Shown here in pieces: positions 13,214 to 24,715 of a stretch of DNA of 64,000 nucleotides. The position numbers and the translations under genes were made by a program. The notes under the pieces were generated by a model, which worked only from the letters and a program-made list of their open reading frames with translations, was not told the DNA's origin and did no database searches. Source of the DNA: Kudoa neothunni (lineage: Eukaryota; Animalia; Cnidaria). How positions within the stretch are numbered: the stretch's first letter is position 1; every line of letters starts with the position of its first letter. The DNA lies in assembly GCA_964304625.1 (NCBI GenBank), contig OZ199838.1, positions 13,273,843 through 13,337,842 on the forward strand. Direction: 5' to 3'.

Positions 13214-14190
13214 CTTCCAACGATTTTCGGGATGTAATACACCCCACTCTTTTTTTAGCAATATTTATTCATAAAATAATTACAGATAAACTGGTAAAAT
13301 TACAACGATTTATATCAACTATTTTTATAACAAAACGGTAATAATTATATTAAATAATACCCCAAAATCCGATAGATGAGATGACGTTGAGAGCCTTGGA
13401 CTTTTTTGCACAAGAAATATAAAATCAACTGATAAAATAAATGCTATTTTCTCAATAAGGGCAGCTTTTATAATTACAATGATTTCTTTGACAATTACAA
13501 AATTTGTTGGCTGAAGTTCCTTATAGTATGTTTTTCCAAATAAATTGGAATACTGTATTATTTCACGACAAATATTTTGGACAAAGGGAATCAAAAACAA
13601 TCATAAACAAGTTGAACCCTTTGATAACAGTAAGCTGCTGGTTTGGGCGATCATTCATAATATTTTCAATAGAAGTTCTCTACGTAGGGGGCTTATTTAG
13701 ATTCCACGCATTGCGTTTCTTGTTATACAATGATCCGTAAGGGATATCAGATTCGTAAAATTCATCCGGATTTTCTGATCTTAAAAATAATGATCCAATC
13801 ACTCACTAGATGATTGGTTTCCATTACTGTAAGCTTCAAAGGTGTTCGTCATTGTTGAAATGAACATGCGGAAATTAAATATGAGAGCTTAAGACATCAA
13901 ATTAATCAAAATTTATTCGATAAATTTCCTCTAAACTTTTTTAAAACAGAGCACACACAATAAAGCTTTTAATAAATGAAAATACACATGGGGTTATTAC
14001 ATCCCAAAAATCGTCGGAAGATTTTTTAATGTACTTATATAATATATTTTTTCCCAAAAATTACAACAATAAAATTTCGAATTATTCTACAAGAATAGCT
14101 CTATTTAAGCATGCGCAAATAGGAAGAAAAAAGTTATTGCTAGTTCAAATATTGTGTTGAGGTGTAATACACCCCAAAATCGTTAGAGGG
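13214..14190 (-). mobile_element. piggyBac-family internally deleted element / MITE
   Basis: Right end ...ggtgtaatacaccccaaaatcgttagaggg|TTAA. The left end ccttccaacgattttcgggatgtaatacacccc is its degenerate inverse. A subterminal copy lies near 13990. Acidic and Cys-rich coding scraps on the minus strand. Confidence 0.65.
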
Positions 14191-14695
14191 TTAATAGAGA
14201 CTCTTAAGATAATTTTGTAAATATTAAAGTGATTAATCATATTTACCTTTTTATACGCTGAAATTTGATCGTTACCAAACAAAATTTCTTACAGACAATT
14301 TTCAGAACAATTTTTCCGAACATTGGATTATGATAAAATTTTGTTAATTTTTTACAGTCCGGAAGTGGGCAGACCCGCCGTGTAATACACCCCTACAATA
14401 AACTTATGCTGAACATAAATATTTGAGGAAAATTGAACTAGCTAAAATTTTATATTGGTTAAAATTGTTGTTTATTTTATAATAAGTAGCAGAAAATTTT
14501 TAAATGAGAAGAAATTAGCCTCTTAATCATCCCATAAGGCGCGGAAACGATTAATATGCGTACAAATTGAATTAATTAATGTCTTACAATATACTGGACA
14601 AATATTTTCCCTTCATCAATAAACTTTATATATACTTCCTCGTTTAATTAAGTTTATTTTTAAAATAATCCTTAAAATTGAATTATTGGTACATA

Positions 14696-16060
14696 CAATA
14701 TTTCACGACCAAGATGCAAACATGGCGCATATCTATTAAAATGTTAGACTTACTTCTAAAAATGTCGATTCAAATTTAAAAAAATCTATGTAACACTGAA
14801 ATAACAGACGAATTTATAAATTTTAATCATATATTTTTGTGTTTCTAGTTGTTGATTTCTTCCTTGTGCAAGTAGGCCGAAAATGATGGTTTCGAATGCT
14901 TCGCATAATTCGCACAGTTCACTTCTGTTATTTCTTTTGGGCTTTTTCAAATACATTCGAGTAGCTTTTAATATGTTTTGGGTCCTATCCGTTTCACAAT
15001 AGATTTAAGTTGCCCAAATTCTTCCTCAATCGGATTAAGGAATGGCGAATAGGGTGGTAAACGCAAGAATTTATGGGGGTTGTTTTGAATCATTGACTTT
15101 ACACTATCAGTTTTGTGGAATGCGATGTTATCCATTACTAAAATCGCTTTTTTATTGAATTTGCGTCCAAATTTTCGAAAAGATCCGTTAAAATGAGGAA
15201 AAACAAATTGGTTTACACCTCCCGTGTGAATTTTAAATTCCCAAATCTTTTTACTGCTCATGGCTGCTACGAACGTAATATATTAGGATCTAATAGATTT
15301 CACTTTTAAGTTTGCTCTAGCTCCCGTAAGTGATCTGCCTTGAGTACATCGAATTGACAGAGAAAACCTAGATTCGTCAATAAATAGAATTTTAGAATAT
15401 TTTGGTTCCAGACGGATGTATTCGTTCACATAACTAAAAAAATCATAAGTCAATTATAAAAATTAATTTTATACTCATATCTTAAAGAAATAGTTCTAAA
15501 AGAATTCTTGTCCACTGACACTAATGGTATTTTTCAGTGTATAGTGAAATTCGTTCAGAACCCTGAAGAATGTTTGTAGAGAAGTCCGAATGGAGTATTT
15601 CTCGAAGACCTTTTCAGATAATTATTTAAGGGATAGCGTAGAATTGTCATCCACCTCATTAAGAATCAATTGTTTTTGATCAGCGTTCAATAATGAACAG
15701 CGATCTCCACCTGTTGCCAGTCTTTCTTCTGATCCCGTTCGATTTATATTTTTGACAGTTCTACTTGTCGTAGGTTCGTGAATATCCAGGGATTCAGATA
15801 TTTGACGGTTGGTGTTCCCATTCTGAATGGCTTTAGAAATTATATCAAAATATGATTACTTGGAGTTGTTAGAAAATTTTTCCCTATCTTTCTTGTTTAC
15901 AGTTTCGTGTTATCTTTTGATTTTATTAATAATTATTGTTTCAGCGGGCATATCTGAATCTTAATTCTTAAAAACTGACTAGCGCGCGCCATGTTTGCAT
16001 TTTGGCGGGATATGCCTGCATCTTGATTCGAAAAGTTTGTATCTTGGTCGTGAAATATTG
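14696..16060 (-). mobile_element. Tc1/IS630-like DDE transposon with a degenerate, intron-containing transposase
   Basis: 26-bp TIR caatatttcacgaccaagat(g/a)caaac with TA on both sides. Motifs LFIDES, LVMDNIAFHK and LPPYSPFLNPIEE are present, interrupted by stops and frameshifts. Intron at 15434-15474. Confidence 0.92.
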
Positions 16061-18523
16061 TAAACAATAAAAATATATAGATTATAATAAATCCAGTTAT
16101 AACTATAGTAGTTTCTTAAGTTGATAATATAAATAAATAAAATAATATCATACTTTTAAATTATAAGATACCAGAGTTTTCTACCATACTTGTATCATTT
16201 CAATTCTCTAGCAGTTCTGTTATTGAAATATTTGATTGAAAGAAATAGAATAGAGTATACACCTATAAACTAAAGATAAAGTATTTAGTTAAACATTCAA
16301 ATTGGGGTAAAACAGCTTTCCCTGTTTTATCCAACAAAATTAATATTTTTCAGAGCCTTTCGTAAATGTAATACATCGAAAATACCAAATTTCACGTTTA
16401 AAATATTTCAAACTGCAAATAAAAAATTAAGTTGTGAAAAGTTAATCAAACTGCTTCTTTATTTGAATAAATTTTTTTAATAAAAATAAACAGATTCCAA
16501 ATCACATGATAAAAATGAAATTTAGTTGGTAGTCGTTGAATAGATGACAAGTTAGTGATTAATTAATACTTCATGTTTGCTCAAAAAATTTGTACCAGTA
16601 ATATATTAATTTTAAACGAGAAATAGCCACTAGATCTTATTTTAGAGAACACAATGTAGTTATTCTACCAAACACGCAATATTCTGATGCATAATAAGCG
16701 TAATCGACCGAATAAATAAAACTGGACGAACATATTATTAATCCAGAATAAAGATTTGAATATTTTTAATATTTGATTCGAAAGATTATAGAAATTTATA
16801 CGGGTCACACTATTTTTTTGTAAAAATATAAGCCACGGTTAAAAAAGGTTGTTTTAACTGCTTTAAAGCTTTATAGGATATGCAACTTTATATAAAGTTA
16901 GGAATAACTGATTTCAATAAATTAAAGCTTGATACCTTCAAATTTTTAGATGCCATAATCACTTGAATTCAAACAACGCTTTTTGTATTTTTACGGCTAT
17001 ATAAACCCAACTAAATCTGAAATAAAGAAATTTATAAATAATTTACAAAACTCTCTTATACATTAAATCAAATCCTTGAAACAAGTTAAATTATCAACAC
17101 CATGCTAACTTTGTAAACAATGTGTATATAAAAATGTTTATTGGATTACTATAGGAGGATATATAATCAAAAAGTTTCTATGGTCGAAGATGGCACAAAT
17201 ATGACTGAAGGAATTTTCTTAAAAATATACATTATTTCGAATTAATTATAAATCATAAATTATGATTTATATGACAGAGCGTTAGAGATGTTTACGTGTG
17301 GTGGTGGTGGTGGTCGGATTTAATCAATGCATTGATTCGGTCAAATGTATCACTGCAATTGCTTAAAAAATTAAACTTGATAGTTTACGCATTAGCTATT
17401 TGTTACATATGAAATGAAACGCAAATTAAAAAGGGTAGAAATTTTTAATCAGAAAAGGAATGAACCACAACAAGGCATTAGTGATTAACTCAAGCATAAC
17501 ACAAAATTCAATTTTTAAAATAGTCTCTGTATATTTTAGACTAATGCAGCCCAACACATTAAATCATTAACAAAATAAAACTATTTTGGAATCTAATCGA
17601 AACTTAATGTGCTTATGCGGCGCATTTCGATAAAGTTAAGCTGTCATTGCCGAACCTTCTTAGCGAACAATATAATGCGCGAACGCACAGCGATACAAGA
17701 GATTAAAAGCAATTCGTTTCACGATTAACAAAAACTTTTAGTCCAACTCACCGTCCATTTATAAACGATCTATTATTGCATTATATGGCGCCACTCGTAT
17801 AGGAACGGAATCTATTCATTATTGATTTTATTCAGTTGGCGATTACAACACAATAAACAGGAAAACCCGATTGGGAGACAAATATAGCATTTAGGATCCA
17901 CGACAATTTACGATGTCACAATTGTATATATTGGTAATACGCTCAAAACAACAGTAATTAAAATCTATCCCGATTATTTAAGAGATAATAATTTACATTA
18001 ATTTTATTCGTAAGCAGAGTGTGAATAATCTAAATTGGTAAGTCCGATTTAAAGTAAACAAATAATGAATTAGTAGGAGGATATTTTATTGCTTGCAGTT
18101 TACAAAAACCCAATAAAAATTTGTGTATGTGTCTCAAAGGTGGGCAACATTCGAATGAGCAAAATGATGTGGTTTACAACGTGTAAAACCGTTAAAAACC
18201 CTTGTGACATTGGTCGTTAAATCCTCCGAAGATTATAGGATTATCAATGAACAACTGGTTGACAATGTTTATCTATCAACTCACCTGTTTCTACTCATCA
18301 TAAATATATTATACAAATATTATCCATCTATAAACTAATACAAATTATTAATTTAAGTTATAATAACTCAAAATTACGATAGAATGTATTGTCGGTTAAT
18401 CTACATCTAAGTAGATTATAGCAACGCCTTATTTTTAATAAGCATATAGGATTATTCGGATATATTGCGCATAACCTAATCACAGTCGGTTTGGTCTGTA
18501 GTTGTGAATTCCAAGGATAAAAA

Positions 18524-19295
18524 ATGGTACTTATTACATCCGATTTTCAATCACAACCATGCATATATACGTGTGTGTCGCTATCACATTTAATATACCA
18601 ATATTGACACTCACCTAACATTCATCGATTAGTATTGGTTTTTTTTCTACCTACACAAATGTGTGTTTGTCGTGATCACCTCTGCTATAGTATTAATGGT
18701 GTTTGTTTGGTTCCACGGTTAGGATGTTTAATCTGTGACACTACTTATATTAGCGTGTGTGTGTGTGTGGGTGCTGTTATGCATAACAGCAACCAATCCC
18801 AATGTGTGTCATTCGATTTGAGTTATTTTTCACATGTAGAGTTCTGGTGTTGAGTGTGATGATTGTGTCGCTGACAAATTCAAGGAATTTAAAATGGTCG
18901 GTAAAAGTGCTGTCAAAAAGAGAGCTATTTTGTTCAAAGTGAATGATGATATGACCAAAATTGTTCATGACACTGACTTCGATTCACTCCTTGGTTCCAG
19001 CGCTGATATGACTCACGATACTGAGTATCAAGCTTTTTTGGCTAAACTTCCGGCTAACGATTGTCGATATGTTCTCTATGATGTTGAGGGACAACGTAGT
19101 GATGGCTGCCCCACCAGTAGTATTGTTCTTTTCAGTTGGGTACCTTCGTCTTGCTCTATAAGAAAGAAGATGGTTTTCGCTTCTAGCAAAGATGCTATCA
19201 AAAACAAATTGCAAGGAGTTAAATGTGAGATTCACATGGAATCCGCTCAAGAATTCACCTGGAATGATATTCTTGATCGTGTGAAGAAGTGTTAA
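18524..19295 (+). CDS. Cofilin / actin-depolymerizing factor
   Basis: ATG at 18524-18526 is followed directly by intron 18527-18839, an arrangement typical of ADF/cofilin genes. Exon 2 reads SSGVECDD...LPANDCRYVLYD...SWVPSSCSIRKKMVFASSKDAIKNKLQG. Stop at 19295. Confidence 0.95.
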
Positions 19296-19491
19296 CAACA
19301 TTCCTTGAATCTTCTAAAAACGAGCGACTCCAAAAACCGTTCATTATTATCTTGTTATTGTGACGCTATTATAGAGCCTACATCATTACTTGGTAGTGTT
19401 GAACTGTTTTTTTATTGCGTTGCCTGGTTTGATTTTGATTGGTCAATTGCCAAACAATCGCATTCATTTTAATATAATATACAATACTTAA

Positions 19492-20358
19492 CCCTCGAAT
19501 ACCTGGAGATGTCCAATCAGCGCTTGTTATATCAATAACTTTTACAAAATATTTTATTTCCTTTTCTCCCTGGGTGTATTTTATAATAAAATTGTGTTTT
19601 AAAAATATTCAAGTAATGGAGTTTTACGTTTAATTTTTTTCTCTAAGAATCAGAAAAAAGCTACACACATGCCTGTACCTGAACATGCCCATCATAAATG
19701 AAACGTTTAAATAGTTAAAATATATAAAAAAAGTTTTCTGCAGTAAAATAAACATAAATGTACTTTTAAGCGAGAACTTTTTTTAAAATTCATTTTTTTG
19801 TCTCAATAACTACACGATTCTGTTAACTAATTTAATCTGGCATAGGAATCACACTTATTACAATAATCTTGTTAAACTAGATATCGAAAAAAAGTAACAC
19901 GTTAAATATAGCTGCTTAAAGTTTAATTTATACCGTCTTATCACAACTTACAAATTCAAAATCTAAAAATCCTTACATTAAATACATTTAACAAATTTAT
20001 GCCGACAGGGGGAGAGATTTCGTAATAAAATGATGGATTTTGAGAATAATGGGAAACCTTAGCTGTTATATAATATTAAGAAGAAAATGTGAAAAATAAA
20101 GCTATATAAACAGATTATCTCTAATTTTTCGCGCCTTTAAAAGTATACACAAACATAACTATTCCTGTTCTTCGCATTTGTGCAGATAAACGTCACAAAT
20201 ATGTATCGTTGATTTATTTTTATTAAATTAAATTTATTACATTTTAAAATGTAAAAAATAACGTAAATAATTATGTTCTTAACCTTTAATACAACGATTT
20301 TTGTTATTTTAATATATTTAGGGGGTGGTCACAGTGGCCACCTCCAGGTATTCGAGGG
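19492..20358. mobile_element. piggyBac-type MITE
   Basis: Perfect 17-bp TIR ccctcgaatacctggag with TTAA at 19488-19491 and 20359-20362. No ORF. Confidence 0.9.
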
Positions 20359-21261
20359 TTAATTGTTTGGTGGGTGAACAGTTTTCTGTTTTATCTGTGA
20401 TAGTACATGAGATTGTTCTTTTGTGCAGCTTATTTAAAATATCATTTTTTACTCGATATTAAATAATGTGGCAATAAAAAGCGATTACTCGTCAATTATA
20501 TTATTTTAGGTGTAAGTTTAATTCAGGTTTATCGGATATAAACCGAACGCATTTAATTAGGAGTTGTTAGATAACTATGAGTATTCGTTAACTTTTGGTT
20601 AGTTATTTGAAATCATGTGATATTTTTAATTTCGGTTGGTGTAAGAAATAATATTTAAAATTATTTGATGAAATTCCAGCCTATTTTAAGTTTTGAAAGA
20701 TCAACTATTTTATTTTTGATGTTGTACCTCAACGGCCAAGGTGATAAGATTTGTTTCCTATATTGGACAATAGTTGGCGCCATTTTGGATGCCACAAGTG
20801 GGTTATGAACAATTAGTTTATTACTGGCATCCTCTGAGGGTATTAAAAATTACCACCAATGTAATTATGATAGTATCCTATGATGAATGACGCGTAGTTT
20901 TTAATATGAAATACACTTATTAGTCAGGATTAATATTTAAGATTTGTCCGATTATCCATTGATTTAAGCTAACAAATATGCAAACCCATTACAGACGCGA
21001 ATAAATTAAAATTGGAATGTATGAAACTCCAAGGAAAGTATATTTTATTCGAGTTCTAATGTTAGCTAACTTAACAACATTATGAGGGATGAAAGCAAAT
21101 TAAACATTTTTTAAAAAACAATATTTGATGCATATAAACATCAACATATTATTCACTTTTGGGAAACTACTCTAATAAATAATCTTTCGTTCGTAAACCC
21201 AGATGGGCTACCAATAGTTAGAGGGTAATTTTGGGAGAGGCTTTACATGTTCTATCTAAGG

Positions 21262-21315
21262 CAGTGTTTCCCAACGTGGGCCCGCTCCACTGGAGGGTGG
21301 TGGGGCGCGGAAAAT
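21262..21315 (+). mobile_element. Isolated hAT-type terminus
   Basis: CAGTGTTTCCCAAC followed by a GC-rich subterminal tract; the preceding 8-mer atcTAagg has a central TA. No partner end was found. A similar degenerate end lies at 43966. Confidence 0.45.
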
Positions 21316-21499
21316 CATGAGAATTTATATAACATGAATTATGGTTAGATAATTGGGCAGTATGACGTAATTTGAATTCAATACCGAGATTTTCGATATC
21401 GCTTATCATTGAGTTACGATTAATCTTTTATCTACTATCTATTATATACTGTATTTCAGGATCAACTTGAAACAAAAACAAAAATGATTTAAACTATTA

Positions 21500-22470
21500 A
21501 TTTTCAATAACCTCAGAATTTAGACATCTAGTAAAATATGTTTCAGAGTGGTTAAAATAGTTAGAGCATTGTTCTGGCGATATTTGATTAGGTGTATCTA
21601 GATGGCATTATATAGTTCGTCTTTATTCTGAGGAACTTTGTTTCTAACAAGACATTTTATTTGATTGAATAATTCTTCAATAGGGTTTAAGAACGGAGAA
21701 TACGGCCGTAGAAACAACATTTTATGCCTGCTGTTGTTGATTTTATTGACAATAACATCCGTCCTGTGGAATTTTACATTACCCATGATTATCAAAGAAT
21801 CTGGAACTCCGCAATCATCAAATCTTTGAAAAGTTGGTCGATATATTCTGAAAAAAATATGTTGATTCGCCGAGCCTTCATGAACTTGAAAAGTCCACAT
21901 TCTATTGTAACTGATATCAGCGATAAGAGCTATATTCTTCGGCCTTATAAACTGAACATTTCTACTTGCCCTAGCGCCTAATGGCGATCTACAAAAGATC
22001 GCTGCATAAAAAGTGAAAATCCGGATTTGTCTATAAATATTATGTGAGGTAGTTGTGGTTTTAAATTCAGATATTCGAGCATATAACTACAACCTTTAAA
22101 CATATATATATATATATATACAGGAGTTAAAAACCTTTTTCTTTTAGATATATTTTTGTGAGAATTTCTCGCTACAGGTACGAGTGAAATCTTTTCAAAA
22201 CATTACTAATTGTCTGAATCGATTCGTTTATTCGAAATCTCGCTTTAACGGCGTCTACCAGCGATTTTAATGTAATCGTACAATGAAATGTCGATACAAT
22301 TATTATAAATCGTTTTTGCTCATCATTCAAGATAGAACGCCGATCTCCATCCGTCTTCTTCTTATTAAAATGTTGTGTTTCGTCAAATTCTTTTATAATA
22401 CGACCAACGGCGGTAGGATGACATTTAAAAGCTTTAGCGATTTTTTTTTCTTGTCATTCCGTCCTTGAAA
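21500..22470 (-). mobile_element. Second, divergent Tc1/IS630-like transposase relic
   Basis: IIFIDKSGF, IIMGNVKFH and FLRPYSPFLNPIEELF motifs, frameshifted. Intron at 22087-22134. TIRs not identified. Confidence 0.8.
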
Positions 22471-22819
22471 ATTAAATAAAATAATTATTACAATTATAGC
22501 GGCTTACATCATAAAATTCTACAATGACAGGCCTCTTAGAATTTTCATGATTAGCATGTACTCTTTTGGAGCCATTGATATTTTGAAATGTTACATTTTG
22601 ATACGATTCAGTTGAAGAAGGGTCTGATGTCCCACTTAATCGCATACGCAGTAAAAAAATTTTCCTTATAGAGAGACATATATGAAATTTTAAAAAAATC
22701 ATAATGTTCCGAAAAATCTTTAAGTTATTTTCAAAGTGCCAAATGTTCCTACGACTGTTTAGAACATAGTGATTTTTCGATTCAAAGTTTGTTAAACGAA
22801 TTACATGAGTTAAGTTGTA

Positions 22820-23719
22820 GGTTTAATACCTGCCTATGTACTGGTGGTGGTCGGTTGAAGTTAACTTTCACCCTTTATACTCGATCAAATGTTAATTAAA
22901 TGATATCACCTATCTTTATATATAGGGTTGGTGTGTTTATTTGAGTGTTTGCACAAATACACTCCTTATGTCGGGAGGTTAACGTATTTGACTTGAATAG
23001 CATATTTTTAAAGTGCTGTTAGTGGCTTTAGATATGGCTAAGAGTCTATATTTGTACCATTAATAGTGAATTCGTAGAGCATGCTATAATAGGATAGATT
23101 AAAACATTATAATGCAAGCGTTGTATCCGTGGATTTCATTGAAATCGTCCGCTATGTTGAACTTTCAATGATTAAATTTAATGCAGATGGTTGTACTCTT
23201 ATTTCGTCTAATTATATAAATTATTAATTTTAATAATGACGAAATTTGTAGTTGTTTCTGTGAAATTGCGTATTAAAATGTATGTCGGACCAAAAGATAT
23301 TAATTTGAGCAATAAAAATTAATTTTCTTATGTTTTCTTCTATCTCTATATATGTTTTCTTTTTTTCTCTCTTGAGCAGTCGTACGGAAGTTTTCTGAGC
23401 GAGCCGGGCCAAAACTGGACTTTGAAAAATCCAAGGACCAAAAAATAACGTTTTAAATAGCACTTTAATGGAATTGGAATAATTTAGTCTTAATGGCGGG
23501 TCACGAAATTGTTAATTAAACGCCGGGGTTGATGCACCCCTGTACAGAAATGATCATGATTTCAATTTCGCAAATTACAATCGTTGAAAGTATGATGCAT
23601 AAAAATTTTTAGTTTATTGCTTCTATGGGTTAATCCAAAACTTCAATATGTTTTTTAAATGTTATTAAGAAGCGTGTCTACGTGATTCTTCCCAAGCAGC
23701 GTTGGGCAATTCCCGTTAG
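22820..23719 (+). mobile_element. Non-autonomous Helitron, copy 2 (5'-truncated)
   Basis: Colinear with 7800-8735. 3' hairpin cccaa..ttggg at 23691-23706 followed by TTAG|T. Confidence 0.75.
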
Positions 23720-24663
23720 TTAAAAATATGGGTCAAACAAAAAGTAATAAAAATAAACTCACACAGTTTATTTTGATGAAAATTCTCAGTTAACTTTGTT
23801 GCTTTTTCGTAAAAAACTCAATTGTACATACCTAATGACATAATTTTAATCAAACAGACCTTAGTTGGAATCAATTTTAAAGCAAGGCAAGTTTTTCAAT
23901 GCATAATTTAAATGTTTATTTCCTATATTAGGATTATATAATTATAAAATATTCTTATTACTCACTTACTTAATAATTTATGATCCATATGCCACTGTAA
24001 CTTCGAAATTATATTTCTATTGTGTTATTACAAAAATATTGACGATAACTTAATATACGCGTGACAAGTTATAATTTTAATTAATAAAATAAAAACAATG
24101 GATTTCTAAATTTTTAGAGATGTTAATGTCGCATTATTTCACAAAATCACCTGTGTAAGAACCAGTAAGAGAATCTCATACTTCGTTTAATCGTTTAATA
24201 TATGTTAAATACGGATTTGATTTATTCTCAACGTAATATACATTTTATAGCCCAATAAATGTATTGATTGATGTTAAAAAGGGTTTTAAATACCAAAAGA
24301 TAGTTAAATTGAATAAAAATATTTTTCGACTTGCGTTTATCAAAATTTTGCGAAATCATGATATTAAACAATTTTTATTCATCATATAAACTGTAAAATG
24401 AAAAATTATTTATTAGAAACGTGCATTTTAAATTTTTAAATATATCTTTAATTTTTTCCGCAATACCATTTCTTTTTATATTTAAACCCCAGAAATATTT
24501 AGCATATTTGATAAAACTTCAAGTGGACACTTCTTAGTGCATAAATGACATACTTTTTGATGAGATCGAAAAAAATTTTTTTTTTCACATCTGGCGCAAA
24601 TACATTGGTGTTTCAACAAACGCTCAGTCATTCAAAATCACCTTGAAATTTCGCCACGTAACC

Positions 24664-24674
24664 GCGCAAGCGCA
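24664..24674 (+). promoter_or_regulatory. NRF1/EWG-like GCGCAAGCGCA motif ~40 bp upstream of the SEC13 ATG
   Basis: Exact inverse copy at 29857-29867; variants at 41537-41547 and 45705-45715. Confidence 0.35.
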
Positions 24675-24715
24675 ATAGAGAGTGTTGTTATTCGCAGTGG
24701 GGAGCAAATTCTCTA

